DNA of 64,000 nucleotides, taken from Lysobacter sp. Its GTDB lineage: Bacteria; Pseudomonadota; Gammaproteobacteria; Xanthomonadales; Xanthomonadaceae. Positions within the stretch are counted from its first letter, which is position 1. Each line of letters opens with the position of its first letter. The notes beneath the pieces were generated by a model. The model made no database searches and was not told the DNA's origin. It saw only the letters and a program-made list of their open reading frames with translations. Of the stretch, positions 12,944-24,074 are shown piece after piece. A program made the position numbers and the translations under genes. The DNA lies in NCBI GenBank assembly GCA_035759805.1, contig DASTUE010000058.1:7793-71792 (forward strand). Reading direction: 5' to 3'.

Positions 12944-12946
12944 CGA

Positions 12947-13402
12947 TCAATACCCCATGCCCAGCTCTTGTGCCTGCGCGGCCAACGCGTCCAGCGCGGC
13001 ACGGCTCTGCTCCAAACGGTCCTTCCGATATTCCGTGAGATCCTGGAAATAGATGCGGCGATGCGTGCCGACCTTGTGGTGGGGAATCAGCCCTTTGTCC
13101 ACCAGCCCCACCAGGTGCGGTCGGGACACCCCCAGGAAGTCCGCGGCCTGCTGGGTAGTGAGCTCGGCGTGGATGGGCACCAGGCTGATGGCATTGCCGT
13201 CGGCCATGTTGGCCAGGATGTCCACCAGCATGCGCAGCGCGGCGACAGGCACTTCGATCTCGCCGTCACCGTCGATGACCCGCAGACGTGCCGTCGCCCC
13301 CTGGCCGATACAAGCTGCCAGCAGACGGCTGCTGGTGCGCGCAAGTTCGGCATCTTGTTGCGTGGGAAGCAGCGGGGGGAGTTCGTTATGGGCGGCGCTC
13401 AT
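12947..13402 (-). CDS. Excisionase-family HTH DNA-binding protein (putative antitoxin of the PIN gene)
   Basis: ELTTQQAADFLGVSRPHLV..KVGTHRRI; 3 nt upstream of the PIN gene. Confidence 0.88.
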   Translation of the reverse strand: MSAAHNELPPLLPTQQDAELARTSSRLLAACIGQGATARLRVIDGDGEIEVPVAALRMLVDILANMADGNAISLVPIHAELTTQQAADFLGVSRPHLVGLVDKGLIPHHKVGTHRRIYFQDLTEYRKDRLEQSRAALDALAAQAQELGMGY

Positions 13403-13448
13403 GGTCTTGACCGATCGTCAGGCTGGTGGTTGGACAGGCTAGCGCACA

Positions 13449-13475
13449 GTCGAAATATTCGCAATATCCGAAACA
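13449..13475. promoter_or_regulatory. Three 9-bp direct repeats, probable operator of the HTH/PIN operon
   Basis: GTCGAAATA TTCGCAATA TCCGAAACA about 50 bp upstream of the HTH start. Confidence 0.55.
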
Positions 13476-13571
13476 GAAGTAATGCGCCCGCCGCGTCCGC
13501 AGCCGCCCGAATTCGCTCTCCAGCACGCTTGCCTTCGTGAGGACGACGAGAATTGGTATGGGTTCCTTTAC

Positions 13572-13610
13572 GTCGGATATATTTGACATTATTTCGGGGC
13601 GAAGTACTGT
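13572..13610 (+). promoter_or_regulatory. Promoter with overlapping imperfect palindrome (probable XRE operator)
   Basis: GTCGGATATATTTGAC palindrome overlapping TTGACA-N16-TACTGT; ATG at 13617. Confidence 0.6.
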
Positions 13611-13616
13611 TGGGCC

Positions 13617-14126
13617 ATGGCGACCATCCACGAACTTGGCAAGGCAGTGCATGCCCGTCGCTCCGAAATGGGGTTGACGCAGTCCTTCTTGGCAAAGCTG
13701 AGCGGCTTGACACGGCAAACGATCAGCCAGGTTGAAACGGGTGCGGTCAAGGATCTGAGCTTGAACCGTGCGGAAAGGCTGGCCGGCGTGCTGGGTCTTT
13801 CGCTGCATGTCGAGCAGCCTCACGCGAGGAGCCGGGTTGCATCCGGTACCAGAACGTCTGCCCTCGCGCGTGCCGCCCGTACCGCCAGCGTCAGCTACAG
13901 GAAGGCGCTGCCGCCTGCGCGGTTGCGCAAGATACTGGTCGACGGAAATGTCTCGCTTGACTACGCACCGTATTTGCATGCCTTGCTGGACGAAGCGCCC
14001 GTATCGCTACTGGCTTCGCTTTCCGAGCAACTCCACGGTGAGGTTGCGACCAGCCGCGAGGACTTGTGGAAGAACTTCCGCAAGCTCGCGCACCAGGTGA
14101 AGAGCAAGCGGGATATCTGGCAATGA
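13617..14126 (+). CDS. XRE-family HTH regulator, probable antitoxin
   Basis: LTQSFLAKLSGLTRQTISQVETG HTH; C-terminal AARTASVSY..LLDEAP segment. Confidence 0.8.
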   Translation: MATIHELGKAVHARRSEMGLTQSFLAKLSGLTRQTISQVETGAVKDLSLNRAERLAGVLGLSLHVEQPHARSRVASGTRTSALARAARTASVSYRKALPPARLRKILVDGNVSLDYAPYLHALLDEAPVSLLASLSEQLHGEVATSREDLWKNFRKLAHQVKSKRDIWQ

Positions 14127-14179
14127 AGCCGGCGGACATGAGCCGGCCCCGAAAGCGAGATGGCGTAGTTGAACATTGA
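14123..14179 (+). pseudogene. Chimeric 18-codon remnant: start of an XRE-coupled gene joined to a galU-like 3' end
   Basis: ATGA overlap with the XRE stop; reads MKPADMSRPRKRDGVVEH*, whose GVVEH* matches the galU end at 12238-12255. Confidence 0.55.
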
Positions 14180-14192
14180 TGCGGCCGCGTTC

Positions 14193-14669
14193 ATGACCCT
14201 TACCGACGTCGTGCTGTTGGCGCTCGCCCTCGGTGTCAGTCTGTGGCTTGGCCGCGGCAGCGGGCGGCCCGGTCAGGTCGTGCTGGTGCTGTCGGCACTG
14301 GGGGTCTCGGCGTTGCTATTCCTGCCGACTGCCTGGTTGCAGACAGCGGCCGGTCCCGGATTGATGGCGTCGCTGGAGGCGATGGCCGCGCGGTTGTCGT
14401 GGGAGCTCTCGGATGCGGTCCATTTTTTGATTTTTGTGTGGCTCGCGTTGCTGCTGCGCGTGCTGCGCCGGGACCTGCGCGGCTGGCTCGGGGTGGTGGT
14501 GTTGCTGGTATTGGCGGTCGCGGCGGAGTTGACCCAGGGACTGACCTCTGCGCGTGAGGTCCGTCTGGATGACGTTGCCATCAACCTGCTGGGCGCCGGG
14601 ACCGGACTGCTGTTGGCGGCCGGGGTGTTGGCGGTGCGCAAACGCCTTGATGTCCGGCCGTCTGGCTGA
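14193..14669 (+). CDS. VanZ-like membrane protein
   Basis: Hydrophobic; DAVHFLIF..ELTQGLTSAREVRLDDVAINLLG pattern. Confidence 0.75.
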   Translation: MTLTDVVLLALALGVSLWLGRGSGRPGQVVLVLSALGVSALLFLPTAWLQTAAGPGLMASLEAMAARLSWELSDAVHFLIFVWLALLLRVLRRDLRGWLGVVVLLVLAVAAELTQGLTSAREVRLDDVAINLLGAGTGLLLAAGVLAVRKRLDVRPSG

Positions 14670-14779
14670 TGCGAGTGACAAGTTGGCCGGGGGTGTAGCG
14701 GCCATGCCGTTTGTCAGGTAACGCATAATCCATCGCGGCGCGGCGTGCGCCGGGACAGCGCTTTTTCGGGGACCACACC

Positions 14780-16153
<1,374 letters not shown>

Positions 16154-16167
16154 GGTGTGGAAATGAC

Positions 16168-16207
16168 AATTAACTTGCATTGGGACAGGTGTCAATGTAA
16201 TTTAATT
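16168..16207. promoter_or_regulatory. Inverted repeat, probable operator/promoter of the hipBA-like operon
   Basis: AATTAACTTGCATTG-N10-CAATGTAATTTAATT (13/15 complementary), AT-rich, directly before ATG 16212. Confidence 0.65.
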
Positions 16208-16211
16208 TTAT

Positions 16212-16574
16212 ATGGTCAAGCGGGTTCCTCCAACTCATCCGCACGCTCGGCGCCAGGTCGTGGCGTTGGGTAAGCGCTTGCGCGCGGCGCGCTTACGGCG
16301 CGCGATGACCCAGGGACAGCTCGCGGAACGCGTGGGCGTAAGCACCCCCACGATTGGGAAACTTGAAGGTGGCGATCCGTCGACCAGCTTGGCGACCGTG
16401 TTGCGGGTGTTGACCGTGCTGGGTCTGAACGAGGACGTGGATTTGCTGGCAGCGGAAGATTCGCTGGGCCGCAGCCTGCAGGACAGCCAACTCAAGCCGC
16501 CGAGGCCGAAGTCGACGCAGACACAGGCACAGGCAGAGAAACAGACGCTCACTCCCCGGGTTGCCAAACGGTGA
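16212..16574 (+). CDS. XRE-family HTH antitoxin (HipB-like)
   Basis: LRAARLRRAMTQGQLAERVGVSTPTIGKLEGGDP; GTGA overlap with the toxin gene. Confidence 0.85.
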   Translation: MVKRVPPTHPHARRQVVALGKRLRAARLRRAMTQGQLAERVGVSTPTIGKLEGGDPSTSLATVLRVLTVLGLNEDVDLLAAEDSLGRSLQDSQLKPPRPKSTQTQAQAEKQTLTPRVAKR

Positions 16575-17827
16575 GCCGGTTGGAGGTGTGGATGGAGGAT
16601 GACTCGTTGGGCGGCCGTGCATTGGTGGGCCACTTGACCAGATCGTCCAGCAAGACCGGGGAAGCGGTGAGCTTCGAGTATTCGCCGCAGTGGCTTGATG
16701 GGCAGGATCCCATCGCGGGTTTCCAACTGGATCCACAGCTCTATCTCGCCGGCGGGCAGATCTATGCCCGTGCCGGCGCCGATCGCCTGAGTGGGAGTTT
16801 TGTCGACTGTTCTCCGGACCGTTGGGGCAAGTTGTTGATGGATCGGAGGGAGGCCATCGAGGCGCGGGAGCAGGACCGCCGGGTGCGCAACCTGCGCGAA
16901 TGGGATTACCTGGTCGGTGTGAACGACGAGTCCCGCATGGGGGCGTTGCGATTGTGGGACAACGAGGAACAGGTCTACCGCGATGCGCGCGGCTTGAGCT
17001 CTCCGCCCATCACGGACCTGCGCGAGCTCGAAGCAGCAGCCGAGGCGGTGGAACGCGGCGATCCGGCCGACACCGCGCTGATGCGCAAGTGGCTCATGCA
17101 ACTGATAGCGCCGGGCGCTTCCTTGGGCGGTGCACGCCCCAAGGCGAGCTTTCGCGACGTGGACGGCTCGCTCTGGTTGGCCAAGTTCCCGTCCACGGAG
17201 GACCGGCGCAATGTGGGCCTTTGGGAGCTGCTGGCATACCAGTTGTCCCTGGATGCCGGGATCGTGATGCCGCCGGCGAAGGTGCTTCGACTGTCCGGCC
17301 GTGGACATACCTACGCGGTGACGCGCTTCGATCGCATGGCGGGATCGCGCCGCGCGTACGCCTCGGCAATGACACTGCTGGATGCTACCGAAAGCGAAGG
17401 GTTCTCCTACCTCGACCTGGTGCTTGTGATCGAGCGCGAAGGCGCGTCAACGACGATTGCCGCAGATCTGGAACAGCTGTTTCGGCGAGTGATGTTCAAC
17501 ATCCTCATTGGCAACCGCGACGATCACCTGCGCAACCATGGGTTTCTTCGCCAGGGCAATGGCTGGCGACTGTCCCCGGCCTTTGATGTCAATCCCAATC
17601 CCGACAAGCACGACCATGTGCTGGCGATCGATGAGTTCGATACGAGCCCGGACACGGCGCTGCTGTTGTCGACTGCCGACTATTATCGTCTGGGAAAACG
17701 CGTCGCCGATGAAATTGCCGAACAGATCCGCGCGGTGGTGCGTGGTTGGGAAAAGCGCGCCGAGACGCTTGGGCTGAGGGGGCATGAGGTAGATGTCATG
17801 CGTGGTGTGATTGATCCGGAACGATGA
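16571..17827 (+). CDS. hipA: HipA-family serine/threonine kinase toxin
   Basis: PDRWG, SLGGARPK, LAKFP, RFDR, GNRDDHLRNHGF, LSPAFD. Confidence 0.92.
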   Translation: MSRLEVWMEDDSLGGRALVGHLTRSSSKTGEAVSFEYSPQWLDGQDPIAGFQLDPQLYLAGGQIYARAGADRLSGSFVDCSPDRWGKLLMDRREAIEAREQDRRVRNLREWDYLVGVNDESRMGALRLWDNEEQVYRDARGLSSPPITDLRELEAAAEAVERGDPADTALMRKWLMQLIAPGASLGGARPKASFRDVDGSLWLAKFPSTEDRRNVGLWELLAYQLSLDAGIVMPPAKVLRLSGRGHTYAVTRFDRMAGSRRAYASAMTLLDATESEGFSYLDLVLVIEREGASTTIAADLEQLFRRVMFNILIGNRDDHLRNHGFLRQGNGWRLSPAFDVNPNPDKHDHVLAIDEFDTSPDTALLLSTADYYRLGKRVADEIAEQIRAVVRGWEKRAETLGLRGHEVDVMRGVIDPER

Positions 17828-18076
17828 TGTTATCGATCATTTTCGACGCCAAATACAGATGCGGCCGCGTGAGTGTGTCGATGGGCGTTCGGGAGCTTGA
17901 TGTGGTCTACAGATAGTGTCATTACCTGACATCTTCTGTTGACTCGCGATAGTCCAGTCGCAGGGCCGGGAGAAAAATCCTGGCCGACAAGCTGGTGGCG
18001 TTAGCGTTGTAAAAGAAGAGCCTCGCCGCACCAGGACCGGTTGACGGTACGGCAAACAACTAATGAGTGGATTAAC

Positions 18077-19084
18077 TTGAAAATCCTGGTCACCGGCACC
18101 GCCGGCTTCATCGGCTCGCACGTCGCCCTCAAGCTGCTTGAACGCGGCGACGAGGTCATCGGCTTCGACAACCTCAGCGATTACTACGACGTGACGCTGA
18201 AGCAGGCGCGGCTGGCGCGCTTTGCCGACCACCCGCGCTATACCCACATCCAGGCCGACCTGGCCGATCGCGAGGCGGTCGAGGCGGCGTTCGCGACCCA
18301 CAAGCCGCAGCGCGTGATCAACCTGGCCGCGCAGGCGGGTGTGCGCTACGCGGCGCAGAACCCGCATGTGTATGTGAGCAGCAACGTCACCGGCTTTCTG
18401 CACATTCTGGAAGGCTGTCGGCATCACGATGTGGAGCATCTGGTGTTCGCTTCGACGAGTTCGGTGTACGGCGCGAACACCACGATGCCGTTCTCCGAGC
18501 ACCAGTCCACCGAGCACCCGCTGACGCTGTACGCGGCGACCAAGAAAGCCAACGAGATGATGGCGCACAGCTACGCGCACCTCTACGGCATCCCGAGCAC
18601 GGGGCTGCGGTTTTTCACCGTCTACGGCCCGTGGGGCCGGCCGGACATGGCGCTGTTCCTGTTCACCAAGGCGATCCTGGCGGGCGAGCCGATCAAGGTG
18701 TTCAACCATGGCCACCACAAGCGCAGCTTCACCTACATCGACGACATCGTGGAGGGCGTGATCCGCTCGCTGGACCATCCGCCGGCGGTCAACCCCGGCT
18801 GGAACGCCGCCGCGCCCGACCCGGCGACCAGCAACGCGCCGTACCGCCTGTTCAATATCGGCAACGAAAGCACGGTGGAACTGCTGCGCTACATCGAAGT
18901 GCTGGAGCAGTGCCTCGGCCGCAAGGCGCAGATGGAGTTGTTGCCGCTGCAGGCCGGCGACGTGCCCGATACCGAGGCCGACGTGTCCGAGTTGATCAAG
19001 GCCGTCGACTACCACCCGAAGGTGTCGGTGGAAGAAGGCGTGGCGAACTTCGTGCGGTGGTACCGGGAGTATTACGGCGCGTAG
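18077..19084 (+). CDS. NAD-dependent nucleotide-sugar epimerase (UDP-glucuronate 4-epimerase-like)
   Basis: TTG start, [40 protein letters not shown]. Confidence 0.93.
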   Translation: MKILVTGTAGFIGSHVALKLLERGDEVIGFDNLSDYYDVTLKQARLARFADHPRYTHIQADLADREAVEAAFATHKPQRVINLAAQAGVRYAAQNPHVYVSSNVTGFLHILEGCRHHDVEHLVFASTSSVYGANTTMPFSEHQSTEHPLTLYAATKKANEMMAHSYAHLYGIPSTGLRFFTVYGPWGRPDMALFLFTKAILAGEPIKVFNHGHHKRSFTYIDDIVEGVIRSLDHPPAVNPGWNAAAPDPATSNAPYRLFNIGNESTVELLRYIEVLEQCLGRKAQMELLPLQAGDVPDTEADVSELIKAVDYHPKVSVEEGVANFVRWYREYYGA

Positions 19085-19112
19085 GGTGTATTAGCCGAAG
19101 GCGTAATACACC
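19081..19112 (+). repeat. GTAG-family REP overlapping the epimerase stop codon
   Basis: GTAG-GGTGTATTA-GCCGAAGGCG-TAATACACC. Confidence 0.7.
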
Positions 19113-19182
19113 ATCGGGGTGTCTCGCGCGGTGCGACGGGGGGCGGCTAAAGTGGCGGTCGGTTCCGATTCGAGCTCCGCGC

Positions 19183-20601
19183 ATGTCCACGTTTTCCGCC
19201 AAGTCTCCTGTCAAGCCAGCTGCGAAGGCGAAGGTCGCCTACGTCTGTTCCGAGTGCGGGTCCGACCACAACAAGTGGCAGGGGCAGTGCGCCGACTGCG
19301 GGGAGTGGAACACGCTGAGCGAGTTCGTGATCGAGTCGGCGGCGTCGATGAAGAGTGCGGCGCCGGCGCGGCGCAGTGGCTGGGCGGGCAAGGTCGATCC
19401 GCCGAAGGTCACCGCGCTGAAGGACGTCAGCCACTCGGGCGAGTCGCGGGTGTCGACCGGTATCGGGGAGTTGGACCGGGTGCTGGGCGGCGGAATGGTG
19501 CAAGGCTCGGTGGTGCTGGTCGGCGGGGATCCGGGCATCGGCAAGTCGACCCTGCTGTTGCAGGCGGTATCGAAAATGGCCGCGTCGCTGCCGGCGCTGT
19601 ATGTGACGGGCGAGGAGTCGCTGGCGCAGGTCGCCGCCCGTGGCGCGCGGCTCGGGCTGGGTCTGGACGGCGTCAACGCGCTGGCCGAGACCGGGGTCGA
19701 GCGGATCCTGGAGCAGGCGGTGGCGACGCAGCCGAAGCTCGTCGTTGCCGACTCGATCCAGACCCTGTGGACCGAGTCGCTGACGGCGGCGCCGGGGTCG
19801 GTCAGCCAGGTCCGCGAGAGCGCCGCGCGGCTGGTGCGCTATGCCAAGGAGACCGGCACCGCGGTGTTCCTGGTCGGCCACGTGACCAAGGAAGGCGGCA
19901 TCGCCGGCCCGCGCGTGCTGGAGCATATGGTCGACGCGGTGCTGTATTTCGAGGGCGAGGCGGGCAGCCGGTTCCGGGTGCTGCGCGCGTTCAAGAACCG
20001 CTTCGGCGCGGTCAACGAGCTGGGCGTGTTCGCGATGGGCGACAAGGGTCTGCGCGAGGTCTCCAACCCGTCGGCGATCTTCCTGTCCGGCAGCAGCAGT
20101 CCGCAGCCCGGCAGTTGCGTGATGGTCACCCGCGAGGGCACGCGGCCGTTGCTGGTCGAGGTGCAGGCGCTGGTGGATGCCTCGCCGCTGTCGAACCCGC
20201 GCCGGGTCGCGGTGGGCATGGAGGGCAACCGGTTGGCGATGCTGCTGGCGGTCCTGCACCGGCATGCCGGCGTCGGCGTGGGCGACCAGGACGTGTTCGT
20301 CAACATCGTCGGCGGCATCCGCGTGCAGGAAACCGCGGCGGACCTGCCGGTGCTGCTGGCGGTGCTGTCGAGCCTGCGCGACCGGCCGCTGGGCGAGCAG
20401 ACGATCGCGTTTGGCGAGGTCGGCCTGTCCGGCGAGATCCGCCCCGTGCCCAATGGCGAGGATCGCCTGAAAGAAGCGGCGACCCACGGTTTCCAGCGCG
20501 CCATCGTGCCCAAGGGCAATGCGCCCAAGAGCGGCAGGATCGGCGGCATGCAGGTGATCGCGGTGGAGCGGTTGTCGGAGGCGGTGGAGGCGGCGGGCTG
20601 A
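19183..20601 (+). CDS. radA: DNA repair protein RadA/Sms
   Basis: CSECG..WQGQCADC zinc finger, GDPGIGKST, KNRFG, Lon-like C-terminus. Confidence 0.97.
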   Translation: MSTFSAKSPVKPAAKAKVAYVCSECGSDHNKWQGQCADCGEWNTLSEFVIESAASMKSAAPARRSGWAGKVDPPKVTALKDVSHSGESRVSTGIGELDRVLGGGMVQGSVVLVGGDPGIGKSTLLLQAVSKMAASLPALYVTGEESLAQVAARGARLGLGLDGVNALAETGVERILEQAVATQPKLVVADSIQTLWTESLTAAPGSVSQVRESAARLVRYAKETGTAVFLVGHVTKEGGIAGPRVLEHMVDAVLYFEGEAGSRFRVLRAFKNRFGAVNELGVFAMGDKGLREVSNPSAIFLSGSSSPQPGSCVMVTREGTRPLLVEVQALVDASPLSNPRRVAVGMEGNRLAMLLAVLHRHAGVGVGDQDVFVNIVGGIRVQETAADLPVLLAVLSSLRDRPLGEQTIAFGEVGLSGEIRPVPNGEDRLKEAATHGFQRAIVPKGNAPKSGRIGGMQVIAVERLSEAVEAAG

Positions 20602-20687
20602 CGGTCCTGCAAAAACGTATTGCGCCGCAGAAGTTCCGTAGACCGGGGTGATCCCACCCTTTCGGACGCGGTTTCAGGAGGCGATTT

Positions 20688-21476
20688 TCAGCGGGCGATT
20701 TTCAGCACCAGCTCCAGCACGAACTTGCTGCCGAAGAACCCAAGCACCAGCAGGACCATCGCCGCCAGCGTCCAGCGCACCGCGACGGCGCCGCGCCAGC
20801 CGTAACGCCAGCGGCCCAGCAGCAGCGCGCCAAACGTCAGCCACGACAGCACGCTGAGCACGGTCTTGTGGACCAGGTGCTGGGCCAGCAGGTTGTCCAC
20901 GAACAGCACGCCGGTCAGCAGGGTCGCCGAGAGCAGCACGAAGCCGACCTTGATGGTGCGGAACAGCAGCGTTTCCAGCTCGACCAGCGGCGGCAGCGCA
21001 CGCAGCCAGCCGTGGACTTCGCGGCGGCGCAGGGCGCGCTCCTGCAGCCACAGCATCACCGCCAGCAGCGCGGCGATCGCCAGCGTGGCGTAAGCGAGCA
21101 GGGCGGTCCAGGCGTGCAGCTGCAGCCGCCAGTCGAGCGGCTCCGGCGGCAGGTGCCCGTGCAGGTGATAGCCGACCAGGGTGATCGCGGCGAGCGGAAA
21201 CACCACCACCCCCAGCGCCGCCATCCGGCCCTTCGCACCGACGATCACGGTCAGACCCGCCATGCCGAGCGCGATCAGCGACAGGGCGGCAAAGAAGTGC
21301 ATGTCCGCACCGCCCGCGCCGCGCCAGGCCAGCAGGTGCGCGCAGCCGTGCAGGACCACCGCGGCAATTGCCGGCAGCAGCCAGCTGCGCCCGGATGTTT
21401 CGTCGCGGCGGACGTTGGCCACCAGCAGGACGGCGGCAACCAGATACAGCGCTACGCTGATGAGAACGATTGTCAT
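20688..21476 (-). CDS. Cytochrome c assembly family inner membrane protein (YpjD/CcsA-like)
   Basis: Multiple TM helices, LPPLVELETLLF, HKTVLS, GFFGSKFVLE; divergent from ffh as usual. Confidence 0.88.
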   Translation of the reverse strand: MTIVLISVALYLVAAVLLVANVRRDETSGRSWLLPAIAAVVLHGCAHLLAWRGAGGADMHFFAALSLIALGMAGLTVIVGAKGRMAALGVVVFPLAAITLVGYHLHGHLPPEPLDWRLQLHAWTALLAYATLAIAALLAVMLWLQERALRRREVHGWLRALPPLVELETLLFRTIKVGFVLLSATLLTGVLFVDNLLAQHLVHKTVLSVLSWLTFGALLLGRWRYGWRGAVAVRWTLAAMVLLVLGFFGSKFVLELVLKIAR

Positions 21477-21786
21477 CGGGAAAGTGTCTCACGGCGCGCC
21501 CGCACATGCGTCAGGGCATAGCGGGAAATGCCGATGAGGGCTGCCAGCCAGGCGGTCATGGCGGTGGCGGCACCCGGCGTCGGGGGTGGAGAGGTCGGGC
21601 GCATGGAAGTGGTCATCTGCCTGCGGGAACCGGGCGATGGTCGCATGGCGGGGCGTTCGGTTATCCGGGACATGCCGAGCGACGGGTTACGTCCAGCGCG
21701 CCGTCGTATCTGGGCGCGGCTCGGCCGGATCGCCTGCGGGCTATACTTCCCGCCCGCTTTTGCCTCCGTCCTGCAGGTCCCATCGC

Positions 21787-23151
21787 ATGTTCGAATCCCT
21801 GACCCAGCGCCTGTCCGGCACCATCGAGCGCCTGCGCGGCCGCGGCCGCCTGTCCGAGGAGAACATCCGCGAGTCGCTGCGCGAGGTGCGCATCGCCCTG
21901 CTGGAAGCCGACGTCGCGTTGACGGTGGTGCAGGCGCTGATCGAGCGCATCAAGGTCCGCGCGGTCGGCCAGGAAGTGCTGAAGTCGCTGACCCCGGGCC
22001 AGGCGCTGATCAAGGTCGTGCGCGACGAGCTGACCGCGGTGATGGGTTCGCAGGCGACCGACCTCAACCTCAACGTGCCCGCGCCGGCGGTGATCCTGAT
22101 GGCCGGCCTGCAGGGTGCGGGCAAGACCACCACCGTGGCCAAGCTCGCCAGGCACCTGAAGGACAAGCGCAAGAAGAAGGTCATGGTGGTCTCGGCCGAC
22201 GTCTACCGCCCGGCCGCGATCGAGCAGCTCAAGACCCTGGCGGAGCAGGTCGGCGTGCTGTTCTTCCCGTCCAGCGCCGACCAGAAACCCGAAGCGATCG
22301 TGCGCGCCGCGATCGACGATGCACGCAAGTCGTTCGCCGACGTGCTGATCGTCGATACCGCCGGCCGCCTCGCGATCGACGACGCGATGATGGCCGAGAT
22401 CAAGGCGCTGCATGCCGCCGTGAATCCGGCCGAGACCCTGTTCGTGGTCGACTCGATGACCGGCCAGGATGCTGCGGTCACCGCCAAGGCCTTCGGCGAG
22501 GCGCTGCCGCTGACCGGCGTGGTGCTGACCAAGACCGACGGCGACGCCCGCGGCGGTGCGGCCCTGAGCGTGCGCTACATCACCGGCAAGCCGATCAAGT
22601 TCATCGGCGTCAGCGAGAAGCCCGACGGCCTGGACGTGTTCCATCCCGACCGCGTCGCCAGCCGCATCCTCGACATGGGCGACGTGCTGTCGCTGGTCGA
22701 GCAGGTCGAGCAGCAGGTCGACCAGGACAAGGCCCAGAAGCTGGCCGACAAGGTCGCCAAGGGCAAGAAGTTCAACCTGGAAGACATGCGCGACCAGCTC
22801 GAGCAGATGCAGAGCATGGGTGGCATCAGCAGCCTGATGGAGAAGCTGCCCGGCATGGGCCAGATCCCGGACTCGGTGAAGGCCCAGGTGACCGGCAAGG
22901 AAGTCCCGCGGCTGGTGGCGATCATCAACTCGATGACCAAGAAGGAGCGCCGCAACCCCGCGCTGCTGAACGGCTCGCGCCGCGCCCGCATCGCCCGCGG
23001 CTCAGGCACCAGCCCGGCGGAAGTCAACAAGCTGATGAAGCAGTACCAGCAGATGGAAAAGATGATGGGCAAGCTCGGCCGCGGCGGCATGAAAGGCATG
23101 ATGCGCGGCATGAAGGGAATGATGGGCGGCCGCGGGGGTATGCCGTTCTAG
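21787..23151 (+). CDS. ffh: Signal recognition particle protein
   Basis: MFESLTQRL, GLQGAGKTT, DTAGR, TKTDGD, Met-rich M domain. Confidence 0.98.
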   Translation: MFESLTQRLSGTIERLRGRGRLSEENIRESLREVRIALLEADVALTVVQALIERIKVRAVGQEVLKSLTPGQALIKVVRDELTAVMGSQATDLNLNVPAPAVILMAGLQGAGKTTTVAKLARHLKDKRKKKVMVVSADVYRPAAIEQLKTLAEQVGVLFFPSSADQKPEAIVRAAIDDARKSFADVLIVDTAGRLAIDDAMMAEIKALHAAVNPAETLFVVDSMTGQDAAVTAKAFGEALPLTGVVLTKTDGDARGGAALSVRYITGKPIKFIGVSEKPDGLDVFHPDRVASRILDMGDVLSLVEQVEQQVDQDKAQKLADKVAKGKKFNLEDMRDQLEQMQSMGGISSLMEKLPGMGQIPDSVKAQVTGKEVPRLVAIINSMTKKERRNPALLNGSRRARIARGSGTSPAEVNKLMKQYQQMEKMMGKLGRGGMKGMMRGMKGMMGGRGGMPF

Positions 23152-23244
23152 CGTGCCCAAGGCTTCCCTCGGGCACAAATCCCTATATAATTGGCGGCTT
23201 ACCTCGCCATTCCGGCGACTGGGCAACACAGGACACAACAGACC

Positions 23245-23517
23245 ATGGTCAAGATTCGACTGGCCCGCGGCGGCGCCAAGAAGCGTCCCTTCTACCACAT
23301 CATCGTTACCGACAGCCGCAGCGCCCGCAACGGCCGCAACATCGAGCGCGTCGGTTACTACAACCCGGTCGCCACCGGCGGCGAGAAGCGCATCGAGCTG
23401 AACACCGAGCGCGTCCAGCACTGGGTGGGCAACGGCGCGCAGCTGACCGACAAGGTCGCCGTGCTGTACAAGGAAGCGTTGAAGTCGGCCGACGCGCCGG
23501 CTCCGACTGCAGCCTGA
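23245..23517 (+). CDS. rpsP: 30S ribosomal protein S16
   Basis: [19 protein letters not shown]. Confidence 0.98.
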   Translation: MVKIRLARGGAKKRPFYHIIVTDSRSARNGRNIERVGYYNPVATGGEKRIELNTERVQHWVGNGAQLTDKVAVLYKEALKSADAPAPTAA

Positions 23518-23551
23518 GTGACTGGCCGCGCGCCTGCCGCGCGGCCGTTTC

Positions 23552-24070
23552 ATGATGAACGACTCCGGGCACCGCATCCTCCTTGGCAGGGTGCTTGGTG
23601 CTCTTGGTTTGCGTGGCGAGGTCAGGCTCGAGTCGTGGACCGAGCCGCGCTCCGCGATCTTCCGCTACCAGCCGTGGACCCTGCGCGATGCCCAGGGCAA
23701 CGAGCGCACGGTCAGTGGCGTGCAGGGTCGTGAAACCGGCAAGCACGTGGTGGCCGTGTTTCCCGACGCCACCGATCGCGATGCCGCCGAGGCCTTGAAG
23801 GGCCTGGAGATCTACGCCCCGCGCAGCGCCCTGCTGCCGGCTCGTCCGGGCGAGTTCTATTGGGCCGATCTGGAAGGCCTGCGCGTGGTCACCGTCGAAG
23901 GCGCCGACCTGGGCACTGTCTCGCACCTGTTTTCCACCGGCGCCAACGACGTGCTGGTCGCCCGCGATGCCGAGCGCGAGCGCATGATCCCGTTCGTGCA
24001 GCCCCAGTACATCACCTCGGTCGATCTGGAGGCCGGCATCGTCACCGTTGATTGGGACCCCGAGTTCTAG
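23552..24070 (+). CDS. rimM: Ribosome maturation factor RimM
   Basis: [36 protein letters not shown]. Confidence 0.95.
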   Translation: MMNDSGHRILLGRVLGALGLRGEVRLESWTEPRSAIFRYQPWTLRDAQGNERTVSGVQGRETGKHVVAVFPDATDRDAAEALKGLEIYAPRSALLPARPGEFYWADLEGLRVVTVEGADLGTVSHLFSTGANDVLVARDAERERMIPFVQPQYITSVDLEAGIVTVDWDPEF

Positions 24071-24074
24071 TCGC

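Noticed and set aside
14146..14155. GCCCCGAAAG shared between the truncation junction and the nested element in tviB (15266-15275)
   Set aside because: Only 10 bp in GC-rich DNA; could be chance, so no mechanism is claimed.
18631..19182. N-terminal extension of radA in the ORF track
   Set aside because: It overlaps the epimerase and a REP; RadA homology starts near ATG 19183.
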